Shown: positions 29,726-39,640 of the stretch, piece after piece
Layout: each line of letters starts with the position of its first letter
Position numbering within the stretch: the stretch's first letter is position 1
Source: Thermoanaerobaculia bacterium
GTDB taxonomy: Bacteria; Acidobacteriota; Thermoanaerobaculia; UBA5066
Assembly (NCBI GenBank): GCA_963816185.1
Contig: CAWFJJ010000005.1
Coordinates: forward strand, 96,001-160,000
DNA: 64,000 bases
Reading direction: 5' to 3'
Position numbers and translations under genes: made by a program
The notes under the pieces: model-generated
Told to the model about the DNA's origin: nothing
Seen by the model: the letters and a program-made list of their open reading frames with translations, nothing else
The model's database searches: none

Positions 29726-31347
29726 CGCGTGGTCGAGCGGGTCTCCCCGTCCTGCCCGCGATCAAGCGGGTGGACGGCCTGCCCGGCCAAATAGGTCGTC
29801 TGCGACGGGAACGCGAGGGACGTGCCCGCTTTCTCGACGACGTCGAGGAGCACGAGGAGAAGCTCCTCCTGCGCGGCGAGGAACGCCGTGGTGTCGGGCA
29901 CGAGGAGGTACGCGAAGACCTCCACGTCGAGCGAGTACTCGTTGAGCTTCAGGAATCGCACCCGGGCCGTGCGCGCCTCGACGCGCGCGTCGGCGGCGAG
30001 GCGACCTCGACAGCTCTCGAGGGTCGCCTGCATCTGCGCCGCCGTCGTCTCGTACGTGAGGCCGAGGACGTGGCGGAACAGGAACTTGTCGCGGCGGCTG
30101 AGGTTCTCGATCTGGGACGTCAGGAGGGAGCCGTTCGGGATCGAGACGACCGTCCGCTCGGGCGTCCTGAGACGCGTCGCGTAGAGCGTCACGTCCTCGA
30201 TCACGCCCAGGAACGTCCCGATCCGAACGACGTCTCCGACGCGCAGGATCCGGTCGGAGATGACGACGAACCCGCCGAAGAGGTTCTCGAGGCTCTTCTG
30301 GGCCGCGAACGCGACGGCGAGTCCGCCGATCCCGAGGCCGGCGAGCGTCGCCGTCAGGTTGACGCCCAGGGTCCCGAGGGCGACGAGAGCCGCCGCGAGG
30401 ACGATGCCGCCCTGCAGGACGCGCCGTCCGATCGTGAGCGAGGACGCCGCGGTGGCTCCGGACGCGAGGAGCCGCATCGTGGCGCGCGACGTCACGAAGC
30501 CGAGGATATTGATCACCAGCCACGCGACCGCCGCGATGACGACGAGACTGAAGACCCGCCCGTAGCTGTAGCGGCCGAGGAGCGGGAGGCCGATCCGCGA
30601 CACGGCGGCCGCGTGGAGAGGAACGGCCACGAGGAGTGCGAGCGGCCCGCGGAAGCGAACGAGGCCGCTCGCAAGATCTTCCGCAGCGAAGCGGCGCGCG
30701 ACGGCGAGGAGCCCGGCCGCCAGGACGCGCGCGAGGAGCCACGCCAAGGGCATGAGGAGCCAGAACGCGAGCACCTGCCAGAGCCGGAGCGAGCCTGAAA
30801 TCCGGCGGCGGAGGACGTCCGGCATCAGGGCATCGAGCTCGGGCGTCGTAAGCTCGCGGAAAGCCGCCGGGATGTCCCGGAGCGTCTGCGAGGAGACGAG
30901 CCAGACCGGAGGACCCTCGGCCGGCTGCGTACGGACGAGGAGGATGTCGAACGAGTCTTCGCCCCGCTCGATCGAGCCGGCCCGCTCGAGGTCCTCTGAC
31001 AGGCCGTCGTTCACGTCGCCGAGCGGCGAACGGCTCAGCTTCTCGAGGTCTCCGGTGAAGCGCTCGTCGAGGACGGACTTCAGCTCCTTCGCGACCTCGC
31101 CGGGCGGCGTTCGTGCGCTCTTCGGCCACTGGAGGTATTCGGCCGCGACCGTCCAGTTCTCTCGCGCCGCCGCGCGCATGAAGCCGAAGAACGTGCCGTA
31201 GGGGGTTTCGCGGCGGTACGGGTCGCCGGGGGCCTCCGGGGACGGCGTCGGCGTCGGTGAGAGTCCCGGCAGCTGCGCGAGAGCGGGCGATGTCGGCCAC
31301 GCGAGCACGACGGCCGGAAGGAGAGCCCGGAGGAGAGCGCGGCGCAT
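29722..31347 (-). CDS. MscS-family mechanosensitive channel with periplasmic N-terminal domain
   Basis: Signal peptide from ATG 31347; RETPYGT; LAGLGIGGLAVAFAAQ; IPN; AFPSQT. Confidence 0.92.
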   Translation of the reverse strand: MRRALLRALLPAVVLAWPTSPALAQLPGLSPTPTPSPEAPGDPYRRETPYGTFFGFMRAAARENWTVAAEYLQWPKSARTPPGEVAKELKSVLDERFTGDLEKLSRSPLGDVNDGLSEDLERAGSIERGEDSFDILLVRTQPAEGPPVWLVSSQTLRDIPAAFRELTTPELDALMPDVLRRRISGSLRLWQVLAFWLLMPLAWLLARVLAAGLLAVARRFAAEDLASGLVRFRGPLALLVAVPLHAAAVSRIGLPLLGRYSYGRVFSLVVIAAVAWLVINILGFVTSRATMRLLASGATAASSLTIGRRVLQGGIVLAAALVALGTLGVNLTATLAGLGIGGLAVAFAAQKSLENLFGGFVVISDRILRVGDVVRIGTFLGVIEDVTLYATRLRTPERTVVSIPNGSLLTSQIENLSRRDKFLFRHVLGLTYETTAAQMQATLESCRGRLAADARVEARTARVRFLKLNEYSLDVEVFAYLLVPDTTAFLAAQEELLLVLLDVVEKAGTSLAFPSQTTYLAGQAVHPLDRGQDGETRSTTR

Positions 31348-31364
31348 CGCGCGGAGAGCGTATC

Positions 31365-31895
31365 TCACCGCGCCCAGGGAGGCCGCCGGCGGGCGATGCG
31401 GGCCGCGACGGGGCACGACGGGAGATGCGCGCCCTCTAGCCAGCCCGTCGACACGAGGAACTCGTTCACGATCTCTCCTCCGGTGAAACGGAACGTGGCC
31501 CCGAAGAGCTTCACCCATTGATCCTTCGGAAGGGGATGGTGTGCGTCGATCCACGCAGCGAAAGAGCCGTGGCTCTTCCGGAGTGCGAGGAGAACCCCGG
31601 CGTTGTGGATGACGGCCTCGACCTTGAGGCGGTTCCGGATGATCCCGGCGTCCGCGAGCAGCCGTTTCTTCTCCCGGGCACCGTAACGGGCCACGACCTC
31701 AGGATCGAAGCCGGCGAACGCGGCGCGAAAGTTCGCGCGCTTCCGCAGGATCGTCGCCCATGAAAGGCCGGCCTGGTTGATCTCGAGCGCGAGGCGCTCG
31801 AGGAGCTCCGAATCCTTCCTGAGCGGAAACCCGTATTCGCGGTCGTGATACGGCCCGTGGAGGGGATCGCCGGGCGCGACGTCGCAATAAGACAT
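31365..31895 (-). CDS. tag: DNA-3-methyladenine glycosylase I
   Basis: YHDREYG, QAGLSWATIL, IIRNRLK, C-terminal H...C. Confidence 0.92.
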   Translation of the reverse strand: MSYCDVAPGDPLHGPYHDREYGFPLRKDSELLERLALEINQAGLSWATILRKRANFRAAFAGFDPEVVARYGAREKKRLLADAGIIRNRLKVEAVIHNAGVLLALRKSHGSFAAWIDAHHPLPKDQWVKLFGATFRFTGGEIVNEFLVSTGWLEGAHLPSCPVAARIARRRPPWAR

Positions 31896-31957
31896 GAGGC
31901 CGTCATTCTCGCGCGCCTCACGGCGTCCACAAAGACTTCGGCGGGCCGGAGAAATCC

Positions 31958-32968
31958 CTAGATGGCGGCGGGCTCCGTGAGCTTATAGCTCTGGAGGACG
32001 CGCGCGTAGTTCGCCCGCTCGTAGGCCGCGGGGTCCGGGCACGAAATGAGGCTCATGCTGCCCCTCATCTGGGCCAGAGATTCGTACTCGTGCTCCTCCA
32101 GGAACCGCATGACGTCGGCGCGCACCTCGGCGAGCGCCTTCGGACCGCGCAGGAGGAGCGCCGAGACCATCTGAACGGCATCGGCGCCGGCCATGATCGC
32201 CTTGATCGCGTCGCGCGCGTCGTGGACGCCGCCCGTGACGGCGAGGGAAGCCTTCACGCGCCCGGAGAGCATCGCGAGCCACCTCAGGCGGAGGAGCAGC
32301 TCGTCGTGCGTCGAGAGCCGCAGAGAGGGAGTCACGTCCAGCGTCTCGGGATCGATGTCGGGCTGGTAGAAGCGGTTGAAGAGGACGAGCCCGTCCACGG
32401 ACATCCCGTCGAGCTCGGACGCGAACGAGCCGAGCGACGAGAAGAACGGCGACAGCTTCACGGCAATGGGGATCCGCACGGCGGCTTTCACGGACCGCAC
32501 GATCTCGAGAAACCGCCGCTCGAGGGAGAACCCGGGCTCGCCGTCGTGCGCGCCGAGGTCGTAGAGGTTCAGCTCGAGCGCATCGGCTCCGGCCTCGGCG
32601 ATGCGGGTCGCGAACGTGACCCATCCGCCCGGCGTCGCGCCGTTCAGCGACGCGATCACGGGGATGTGCACGGCCTCTTTGAGGCGGCGGACCTGGTCGA
32701 GGTACTTCTCGGGGCCGAGCAGAAATGCCTCCGGCTCCGGGAAATACGTGAGAGCTTCCGGATACGAGCCGGAGACGACCTCCATCTGCCGGATCGTTCC
32801 AACCTCGTCGCGCGTGATCTGCTCCTCGAACAGCGAGTGCATGACGATCGCCGCGGCGCCCGCGTCTTCGAGCCGGCGGACGAGATCCAGATCGTCGACC
32901 ATCGGCGAGGCGCCCGGCATGAACGGGTGGGGGAGCGTCAGGCCGAGATAGCGGGTCGTGAGGTCCAT
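31958..32968 (-). CDS. Dihydroorotate dehydrogenase-like flavoprotein
   Basis: MDLTTRYLGL, SLFEEQI, LELN, VKLSPFFS, LFNRFYQPD, YERANY. Confidence 0.9.
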   Translation of the reverse strand: MDLTTRYLGLTLPHPFMPGASPMVDDLDLVRRLEDAGAAAIVMHSLFEEQITRDEVGTIRQMEVVSGSYPEALTYFPEPEAFLLGPEKYLDQVRRLKEAVHIPVIASLNGATPGGWVTFATRIAEAGADALELNLYDLGAHDGEPGFSLERRFLEIVRSVKAAVRIPIAVKLSPFFSSLGSFASELDGMSVDGLVLFNRFYQPDIDPETLDVTPSLRLSTHDELLLRLRWLAMLSGRVKASLAVTGGVHDARDAIKAIMAGADAVQMVSALLLRGPKALAEVRADVMRFLEEHEYESLAQMRGSMSLISCPDPAAYERANYARVLQSYKLTEPAAI

Positions 32969-32978
32969 CGTCGTCTCC

Positions 32979-35900
32979 TCAGGCCTTCCCGGCCGGCGCC
33001 GGCACGGGCACGGCGGGACTCTTCGCGGGGGCCGGCGGAACGCCTGCCTTGCCGAGCGTCAGCTTCGCGAGATTCTCATACACCTGGAAACGGTTCTTCA
33101 CCTCGCGCTCGGCCTTCGCGAGAAGGCTCGCGAAGCGCGGCGCGTCCTGCTGCTCGACCATCCGGAAGCGCGCCTCGTTCCGCATGAACTGCGCGATCGA
33201 GCCCTTGATCTGCGCCGTGTCCATGAGCAGCGGCATCTCGCCCGTCGCGATGCGGCGGGGGTCGAACCGGTACAACGGCCAGTAGCCCGACTCGGAGGCG
33301 AGCTTCTGCTGCTCGAGGCCGAAGGAGAGGTCGTAGCCGTGCGCGATGCACGGGCTGTAGGCGATGACGATCGACGTGCCCGGATAGCTCTCGGCCTCGA
33401 GGAGGGCCTTCACCGTCTGGGCGTCCTTCGCTCCGAACGCGACGTGTGCGACGTAGACGTTTCCGTACGTCATCGCGAGCATGCCGAGGTCTTTCTTCGG
33501 AGTCGACTTGCCCTTGGCGGCGAACTTCGCGGCCGCGCCGAGGGGCGTCGCCTTGGACTGCTGGCCGCCCGTGTTCGAGTAGACCTCGGTGTCGAGGACG
33601 AGGATGTTGACGTTGCGCCCGGACGCGAGGACGTGGTCGAGGCCGCCGTACCCGATGTCGTAAGCCCAGCCGTCGCCGCCGACGATCCAGACGCTTTTCT
33701 TTACGAGCGAATCGGCGACGAGGAGGAGGCGGCGCGCCTCGGCGGTGTCCACGCCCTTGAGCGCGGTCCTGAGCGCGAGGACTCGCTCGCGCTGGGCGGC
33801 GATCTCGGCCTCCTTGTCCTGCGAGGCCGTCAGGAGCTCGCCGGCGAGCGTCTCGCCGATGCGCGAGGCCAGAGCCTGCACGAGAGTCCGCGCCTGGTCG
33901 TTGAGGGAGTCCAACGCGAGCCGGAAGCCGAAACCGAACTCCGCGTTGTCCTCGAAGAGCGAGTTCGCCCACGCCGGGCCGCGGCCGTCCGCGTTCGTCC
34001 GGTACGGGGTCGTCGGAAGGTTGCCGCCGTAGATCGAGGAGCAGCCCGTGGCGTTCGCGATGAGCGCCCGGTCGCCGAAGAGCTGCGTGAGGAGCTTGAC
34101 GTACGGGGTCTCGCCGCATCCGGAGCAGGCCCCCGAGAATTCGAAGAGCGGCTGGAGGAACTGGGCGCCCTTCACGTCGAGGCGTACCGTCGCGCGATCC
34201 GCTTCGGGCAGGTCGAGGAAGAAGGCGAAGTTGTCGCGCTCGGCGTCGCGCAGCGGCTTCTGGGGCGCCATGTCGAGAGACTTGTGCTTCGGGTTCGCCT
34301 TGTCCTTCGCGGGGCACACGGCGACGCAGAGCGTGCAGCCCGTGCAGTCCTCCGGCGCGATCTGGATCGTGTAGGCCTTCCCCGCGTACTCGGTGCCCTT
34401 GTACGGCATGGACTTGTACGTCTTGGGCGCGCCTTTGAGCACACCCGGGTCGAAGACCTTCGCGCGGATCGCCGCGTGCGGGCACACCATCGCGCACTTG
34501 TTGCACTGGATGCAGATCTTCTCGTCCCACACGGGGATCTCGAGCGCGATGTTCCGTTTCTCCCATTGGGCCGTGGAAAGGGGCCACGTGCCGTCGGGCG
34601 GGAACGCGCTCACGGGCAGAAGGTCGCCCTTTCCCGCGAGCATGACGCCCGAGACGCGCTTCACGAAGTCGGGTGCGGCGTCGGAGACGATGGGAGGACG
34701 CCGGCGCGTCGACGTGATCTTCGTGGGAACGGCCATCTCGGCGAGGTTCTCGAGGGTTCCGTCCACGGCCGCGAAGTTGCGGCGCACGGTCTCCTCGCCT
34801 CTCTTGCCGTACGTCTTCTTGATCGCCTTCTTGATCTGCGTGATCGCCTCGTCGCGGGGCAGGACGCCTGAGATCGCGAAGAAGCAGGTCTGCATGATCG
34901 TGTTGATGCGGCCGCCCATCCCGAGGGCCTTGGCGACCTTGTAGGCGTCGATGACCCAGACTTTGAGGCGCTTCTCGAGGATCTGCTCCTGCACCTCGAG
35001 GGGAAGCTGGTCCCAGGCTTCTTGGGGCCCGTACTGCGTGTTCAGGAGGAAAACGGCGCCCGGGACGGCCGCCTCGAGCATGTCGTAGCGGTCGAGGAAC
35101 TGCTCCTGGTGGCACGCGACGAAATTCGCGCGCTTCACGAGGTACGTCGAGTGAATCGGCTTCGGCCCGAAGCGCAGGTGCGAGACGGTGATGGCGCCGG
35201 ACTTCTTCGAGTCGTATTCGAAGTAGCCCTGCGCGAAGTTGCCCGTCTCCTCGCCGATGATCTTGATCGAGTTCTTGTTCGCGCCCACGGTGCCGTCGGC
35301 GCCCAGGCCGTAGAAGAGGGCGCGCACGGTGTCGTGGGGCTCGATGTCGAACTCCGCGTCCCATGCCAGCGAGGTGTGCGTCACGTCGTCCACGATGCCG
35401 ATCGTGAAGTGGTTCTTCGGCCTCGGCTTCGCGAGCTCGTCCAGGACCGCCTTCACCATGCCCGGCGTGAACTCCTTGGACGAGAGGCCGTAGCGGCCTC
35501 CGATGACGACCGGCTCCGCGGCGAAGGGGAGCGCGTCGCCGCGTCGCGCTTCGACGAGCGCGGTCACGACGTCGAGATAGAGCGGATCGCCGATGGCGCC
35601 CGGCTCCTTCGTCCGGTCGAGGACGGCGAGCGCCTGGACGGTCTTCGGGAGCGCGCCGACGAACGCGGGAATGTCGAACGGCCGGTAGAGCCGGACTTTC
35701 AGGACGCCGACTTTCTCGCCCTTCTGGACGAGATGCTCGACCGTCTCGTGGGCCGTCTCCGCGCCCGAGCCCATGAGGACGACGACGCGTGTCGCCTCGG
35801 GGTGCCCGACGTAATCGAAGAGGTGGTACGAGCGCCCCGTGAGGTTCGCGAAGCGGTTCATCTCCGCCTGCACGTGCCCCGCGCACGCGAGCGAGTACAG

Positions 35901-36599
35901 ATTTCCGGCCTCGCGCGCCTGGAAGAACGCGTCGGGGTTCTGCGCGCTGCCGCGGAGGACCGGGCGTTCCGGCGTGAGGCCGCGGCGCCGGTACTGCGCG
36001 ATCGCCTCCTCGTCCAGCATCGCGAGGAGGTCCTCGTTCGTCAGCTCTTCGATCTTCGCGACCTCGTGGGACGTGCGAAAACCGTCGAAGAAGTGGAGGA
36101 AGGGGATCCGCGACTTCAGGCTCGCGGCCTGCGCGATGATCGCGAAATCGTGCGCTTCCTGGACCGAGTTGGACGCGAAGAGGGCGAAACCCGTCTGGCG
36201 GCAGCCCATGGCGTCGGAGTGGTCGCCGAAGATGGAGAGCGCGTGCGTCGCGAGCGTCCGGGCCGCCACGTGCATGACGAACGGCGTCAGCTCCCCCGCG
36301 ATCTTGTACATGTTCGGAATCATGAGGAGGAGGCCCTGCGACGCCGTGAACGTCGTGGAGAGGGCGCCCGCTTGAATTGCGCCATGAACGGCGCCCGCGG
36401 CGCCGCCCTCGGACTGCATCTCGACGACTTCGGGGACGTTGCCCCAGACGTTCTTCTGGCCCTTCGAGGACCACTCGTCGGCCCATTCGCCCATGTTCGA
36501 GGAGGGCGTGATGGGATAGATCGCGATGACGTCGTTGGTTCGGTGTGCGACCGAGGCCACGGCCTCATTGCCATCCAGTGTGATGAGTCGGCGCGACAT
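32979..36599 (-). CDS. nifJ: Pyruvate:ferredoxin/flavodoxin oxidoreductase (single-chain)
   Basis: YPITPSS, EMQSEGGAAG, two CxxCxxC 4Fe-4S motifs, GACSGCGE, GGDGWAYDIG. Confidence 0.98.
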   Translation of the reverse strand: MSRRLITLDGNEAVASVAHRTNDVIAIYPITPSSNMGEWADEWSSKGQKNVWGNVPEVVEMQSEGGAAGAVHGAIQAGALSTTFTASQGLLLMIPNMYKIAGELTPFVMHVAARTLATHALSIFGDHSDAMGCRQTGFALFASNSVQEAHDFAIIAQAASLKSRIPFLHFFDGFRTSHEVAKIEELTNEDLLAMLDEEAIAQYRRRGLTPERPVLRGSAQNPDAFFQAREAGNLYSLACAGHVQAEMNRFANLTGRSYHLFDYVGHPEATRVVVLMGSGAETAHETVEHLVQKGEKVGVLKVRLYRPFDIPAFVGALPKTVQALAVLDRTKEPGAIGDPLYLDVVTALVEARRGDALPFAAEPVVIGGRYGLSSKEFTPGMVKAVLDELAKPRPKNHFTIGIVDDVTHTSLAWDAEFDIEPHDTVRALFYGLGADGTVGANKNSIKIIGEETGNFAQGYFEYDSKKSGAITVSHLRFGPKPIHSTYLVKRANFVACHQEQFLDRYDMLEAAVPGAVFLLNTQYGPQEAWDQLPLEVQEQILEKRLKVWVIDAYKVAKALGMGGRINTIMQTCFFAISGVLPRDEAITQIKKAIKKTYGKRGEETVRRNFAAVDGTLENLAEMAVPTKITSTRRRPPIVSDAAPDFVKRVSGVMLAGKGDLLPVSAFPPDGTWPLSTAQWEKRNIALEIPVWDEKICIQCNKCAMVCPHAAIRAKVFDPGVLKGAPKTYKSMPYKGTEYAGKAYTIQIAPEDCTGCTLCVAVCPAKDKANPKHKSLDMAPQKPLRDAERDNFAFFLDLPEADRATVRLDVKGAQFLQPLFEFSGACSGCGETPYVKLLTQLFGDRALIANATGCSSIYGGNLPTTPYRTNADGRGPAWANSLFEDNAEFGFGFRLALDSLNDQARTLVQALASRIGETLAGELLTASQDKEAEIAAQRERVLALRTALKGVDTAEARRLLLVADSLVKKSVWIVGGDGWAYDIGYGGLDHVLASGRNVNILVLDTEVYSNTGGQQSKATPLGAAAKFAAKGKSTPKKDLGMLAMTYGNVYVAHVAFGAKDAQTVKALLEAESYPGTSIVIAYSPCIAHGYDLSFGLEQQKLASESGYWPLYRFDPRRIATGEMPLLMDTAQIKGSIAQFMRNEARFRMVEQQDAPRFASLLAKAEREVKNRFQVYENLAKLTLGKAGVPPAPAKSPAVPVPAPAGKA

Positions 36600-36724
36600 G
36601 AGAGCCTCCCTTTTTCGACCCGGCCGGCCGGGGGGCCATCATGGAATTTGGAGGCTGATACCCGGAATGATGCCGATGTATCACATAGTCGAGACAGGGT
36701 TTACCTTACGGCACGTCTTGCGCG

Positions 36725-39460
36725 TCACGGTGCCGCCGGTGCCTTCGTGAAATCACCTGCGCGGACGAGGGTCAGCTTCTTGGGATCGAGGCGCCGGTGC
36801 AGAGCTTCCCGGATCTGCTCCGGCGTCAGAGCGTCCACGTTCTTCTCGAAGTCCGCGTCCCACTGGAGCGTCCGGCCGAGATAGAGTTCGCCTGCGAGCG
36901 TACCCGCGAGCCCTTGGTCGTTCGCGCGTTGCACCTGCCGGCTCTGCAGCCAGCCGGACTTCGCCTCCGAGACCTCCTGATCCGTGAAGCCTCCCTCGAG
37001 GGCGCGGGCGATCTCTTCCCGCAGCGCTTTCTCGAGCTTCCACGTGTTCTGCGGTGCGTGGATCGCAAAGACGACGAAGCTGCCGGAAGAGTCGAGCGCA
37101 CGCGCCGAAAGCTGCGAGCCGACGCCGTAGCTCAGGCCCTCCTTCTGACGGATGCGGACCGCGAGCCGCGAGTTGAGGAAGCCGCCGCCGAGCATGTAGT
37201 TGCCGAGGACGAGGGCCGGATAGTCGGGATCGGAGTCTTTCAGCGAGAGGTTCATTCCAGCCAGGAGGATGGCGTTAGCCTTGTCGGGCGTTTCGAGCTT
37301 CTCGTTTCCGGCCGGCACGTCGTGGAACGGATGCTCGATCCGCGCATACGGCTTCGGCGCCGCCCACCCGTCGAGAAGAGAGCGGACGAGGTCGGACGTT
37401 TCCTTCGCGTCGAAGTCGCCGACGACCGCCAGCTCGCCGTGCGTGGCGCCGAGGAAAGCCGCGTGGAATTCCCTGGCCTGTGCGACCGTCGCCGCCTTGT
37501 ACGCGGCAATGAGCTCGTCGAGCGTCGGCTCGTAGCGAGCGTCGTCCTTCGCGTAAGGCGCCAGGCGCCGCGTGATGGCACGGCTCGCCAGCGCCTGCGG
37601 CTCGCTGCGCTCCTGCTCGAGGGCGGCGAGGTTCTCCTGCCGGAGCTGCTCGAACTGATCGGCAGGGAACGTGGGCCGCCGGAGGGCCTCGGCGAGGAGC
37701 TTCAGCGTCCCGGGCAGATTCTCGCGGACCGTCTCGATTCGGGCGTGAAGGGTGTCGAGGTCCGCCGAGATCGTGAGCCGCGCCTTCAGCTTGTCCAGCT
37801 CGTCGGCGAATTGCTGCCGGGTATGCACCGCGGTGCCGCGCGTGAGCATGTCGACCGCGAGGTCGCTCACGACCCGCTTGCCGCGCAGGCCGGCCTCCGT
37901 CCCGTAATGGAGCGACAGCGATGCGACGACGGTACCGCCGCGCGTCTTCTTCGGCAACAGCGCGAGCTTCAATCCGCCGGGCAGAGTCGAACGCTGCGTG
38001 CGCGCCTCCACGTTCGCAGGCGAAGGATCGAAGACCTCGCCGGCCGCGATCGCCTTGTCTCCGGTGTAACCCTGAAGAAGCGCCGAAGCGTCGGGAGCCT
38101 GAGGCACCTCGGCCCGGTCCGGCTTCGCGGTCGGGAGGAACTCGCCGAGCGTCCGGTTCGAAACCTTCAGGTACTTGAGCGCGACGCGCTGCACGTCCTC
38201 GGCCGTCACCTTACGGATGCGGTCACGGTTGAGGAAGAAGAGCCGCCAGTCGCCTTTCGCGATCCACTCGGAGATCTGGAGCCCCACGACCTCGGACTGG
38301 TTGAGCGCGAGCTCGAAGTCTTTCAACGCTTTCGTGCGTGCGCGCTCCAGCTCTTCCTTGGTGACCGGCGTCGTGGCGAGCGCGTCGATCGTGTCGAGAA
38401 GAGCCTTCTTCGCGTCCTCGAGAGGCTTCTCCTGCCGCACTTCGGCGCCGAAGAACAACAGGCCCGGCTCGCGGAGGTTGAACCCGAACCCGAAAACCGA
38501 GGACGCCTTCTGCGTCTCGACGAGCGCCTTGTGCAGCCGGCCCGCGGGAGTGTTCCCGAGGACGTACGCGAGCATCTGGAGAGGCACCGCGTCCTCGTGC
38601 AGCCCGGACGGCACGTGATAGGCCGCCACGACGAGCTGCTCGTCGCCGACGCGGCGAAGCGTCACCTGTCTCTCGCCGTCCTGCACGGGCTCGACGGTGT
38701 AAGTCGGGATCAGGACGCGCTCTATCTTCGGGATCGGGCCAAACGTCGCCGCCACGAGCGCGAGGACCTTCGCCTGCTCGAACTTGCCGGTGACGGTCAG
38801 GACCGCGTTGTCGGGCTGGTAGTAGCGCTTATAGAACGCCTGCAGGCGCCCGATGGGCGCGTTCTCGATGTCCGAGCGCGCCCCGATCGGCAGGTGGCGG
38901 TAGTTCTGCTCCTGGTAGGCCGCTGCCAGCACGCGCTTGATCAGGACGCCGGACGGGCTGTTCTCGCCGGCCTCGAACTCGTTTCGCACCACCGTCATCT
39001 CGGTGTCGAGGTCCTTCTTCCAGATGTGCGAGTTCACCATCCGGTCGGCCTCCAGCTCGAGCGCCCACTTGAGGTTCTCTTCCGTGGCCTGGAACGTCTC
39101 GAAGTAATTCGTCCGGTCGAATGACGTCGTGCCGTTCGGCCGCGCGCCGTGCGCGGTCAGCTCCTGCGGGATGTTCGGGTGCTTGTCGGTGCCTTTGAAG
39201 ACCATGTGCTCGAGGAGGTGGGCCATGCCGGTCTCGCCGTAGTCCTCGTGGCGCGCGCCGACGAGGTACGTGACGTTCACGGTGATCGTCTGCTTCGTGG
39301 GATCGGGAAAGAGAAGCACATGGAGGCCGTTCGCGAGCCGGTATTCGGTGATGCCTTCGACCGACGTCACGCGCTGCGGCTCGTTTGCGGCGCGTGCCGT
39401 GGCGGGGATGGCGAGGACGGCGACGAGGGCGACCGTGGCGGCGCGGGAGACTCGCGACAT
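36725..39460 (-). CDS. Secreted M16 zinc protease (pitrilysin/PqqL-like)
   Basis: Signal peptide from ATG 39460 with SD GGAGG; HLLEH (HxxEH); RQKEGLSYG. Confidence 0.93.
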   Translation of the reverse strand: MSRVSRAATVALVAVLAIPATARAANEPQRVTSVEGITEYRLANGLHVLLFPDPTKQTITVNVTYLVGARHEDYGETGMAHLLEHMVFKGTDKHPNIPQELTAHGARPNGTTSFDRTNYFETFQATEENLKWALELEADRMVNSHIWKKDLDTEMTVVRNEFEAGENSPSGVLIKRVLAAAYQEQNYRHLPIGARSDIENAPIGRLQAFYKRYYQPDNAVLTVTGKFEQAKVLALVAATFGPIPKIERVLIPTYTVEPVQDGERQVTLRRVGDEQLVVAAYHVPSGLHEDAVPLQMLAYVLGNTPAGRLHKALVETQKASSVFGFGFNLREPGLLFFGAEVRQEKPLEDAKKALLDTIDALATTPVTKEELERARTKALKDFELALNQSEVVGLQISEWIAKGDWRLFFLNRDRIRKVTAEDVQRVALKYLKVSNRTLGEFLPTAKPDRAEVPQAPDASALLQGYTGDKAIAAGEVFDPSPANVEARTQRSTLPGGLKLALLPKKTRGGTVVASLSLHYGTEAGLRGKRVVSDLAVDMLTRGTAVHTRQQFADELDKLKARLTISADLDTLHARIETVRENLPGTLKLLAEALRRPTFPADQFEQLRQENLAALEQERSEPQALASRAITRRLAPYAKDDARYEPTLDELIAAYKAATVAQAREFHAAFLGATHGELAVVGDFDAKETSDLVRSLLDGWAAPKPYARIEHPFHDVPAGNEKLETPDKANAILLAGMNLSLKDSDPDYPALVLGNYMLGGGFLNSRLAVRIRQKEGLSYGVGSQLSARALDSSGSFVVFAIHAPQNTWKLEKALREEIARALEGGFTDQEVSEAKSGWLQSRQVQRANDQGLAGTLAGELYLGRTLQWDADFEKNVDALTPEQIREALHRRLDPKKLTLVRAGDFTKAPAAP

Positions 39461-39485
39461 TTTTCCTCCGGTATGGTGGGGAAGC

Positions 39486-39561
39486 TGGTACCGCGTACGG
39501 GATTTGAACCCGTGATCTCCGCCTTGAGAGGGCGGCGTCCTAACCGCTAGACGAACGCGGC
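39486..39561 (-). tRNA. tRNA-Glu(CTC)
   Basis: Cloverleaf GCCGCGT...ACGCGGT-A-CCA; anticodon arm CCGCC-CTCTCAA-GGCGG; T-loop TTCAAAT. Confidence 0.96.
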
Positions 39562-39640
39562 ACATCCCGATTTCGGGGGGCTCTTCGGCCCGCGGGGAGG
39601 CGAAATCTAGCATGCGGCCGTTCGGAGGCACAATCCCGGC

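Noticed and set aside
33076-36486. 1136-aa alternative-frame ORF and many similar Arg/Pro/Gly-rich long ORFs
   Set aside because: Expected stop-poor off-frames in high-GC DNA overlapping clear genes
36666-36688. CRP/FNR-like site upstream of nifJ
   Set aside because: Only one half-site (TCACA) matches
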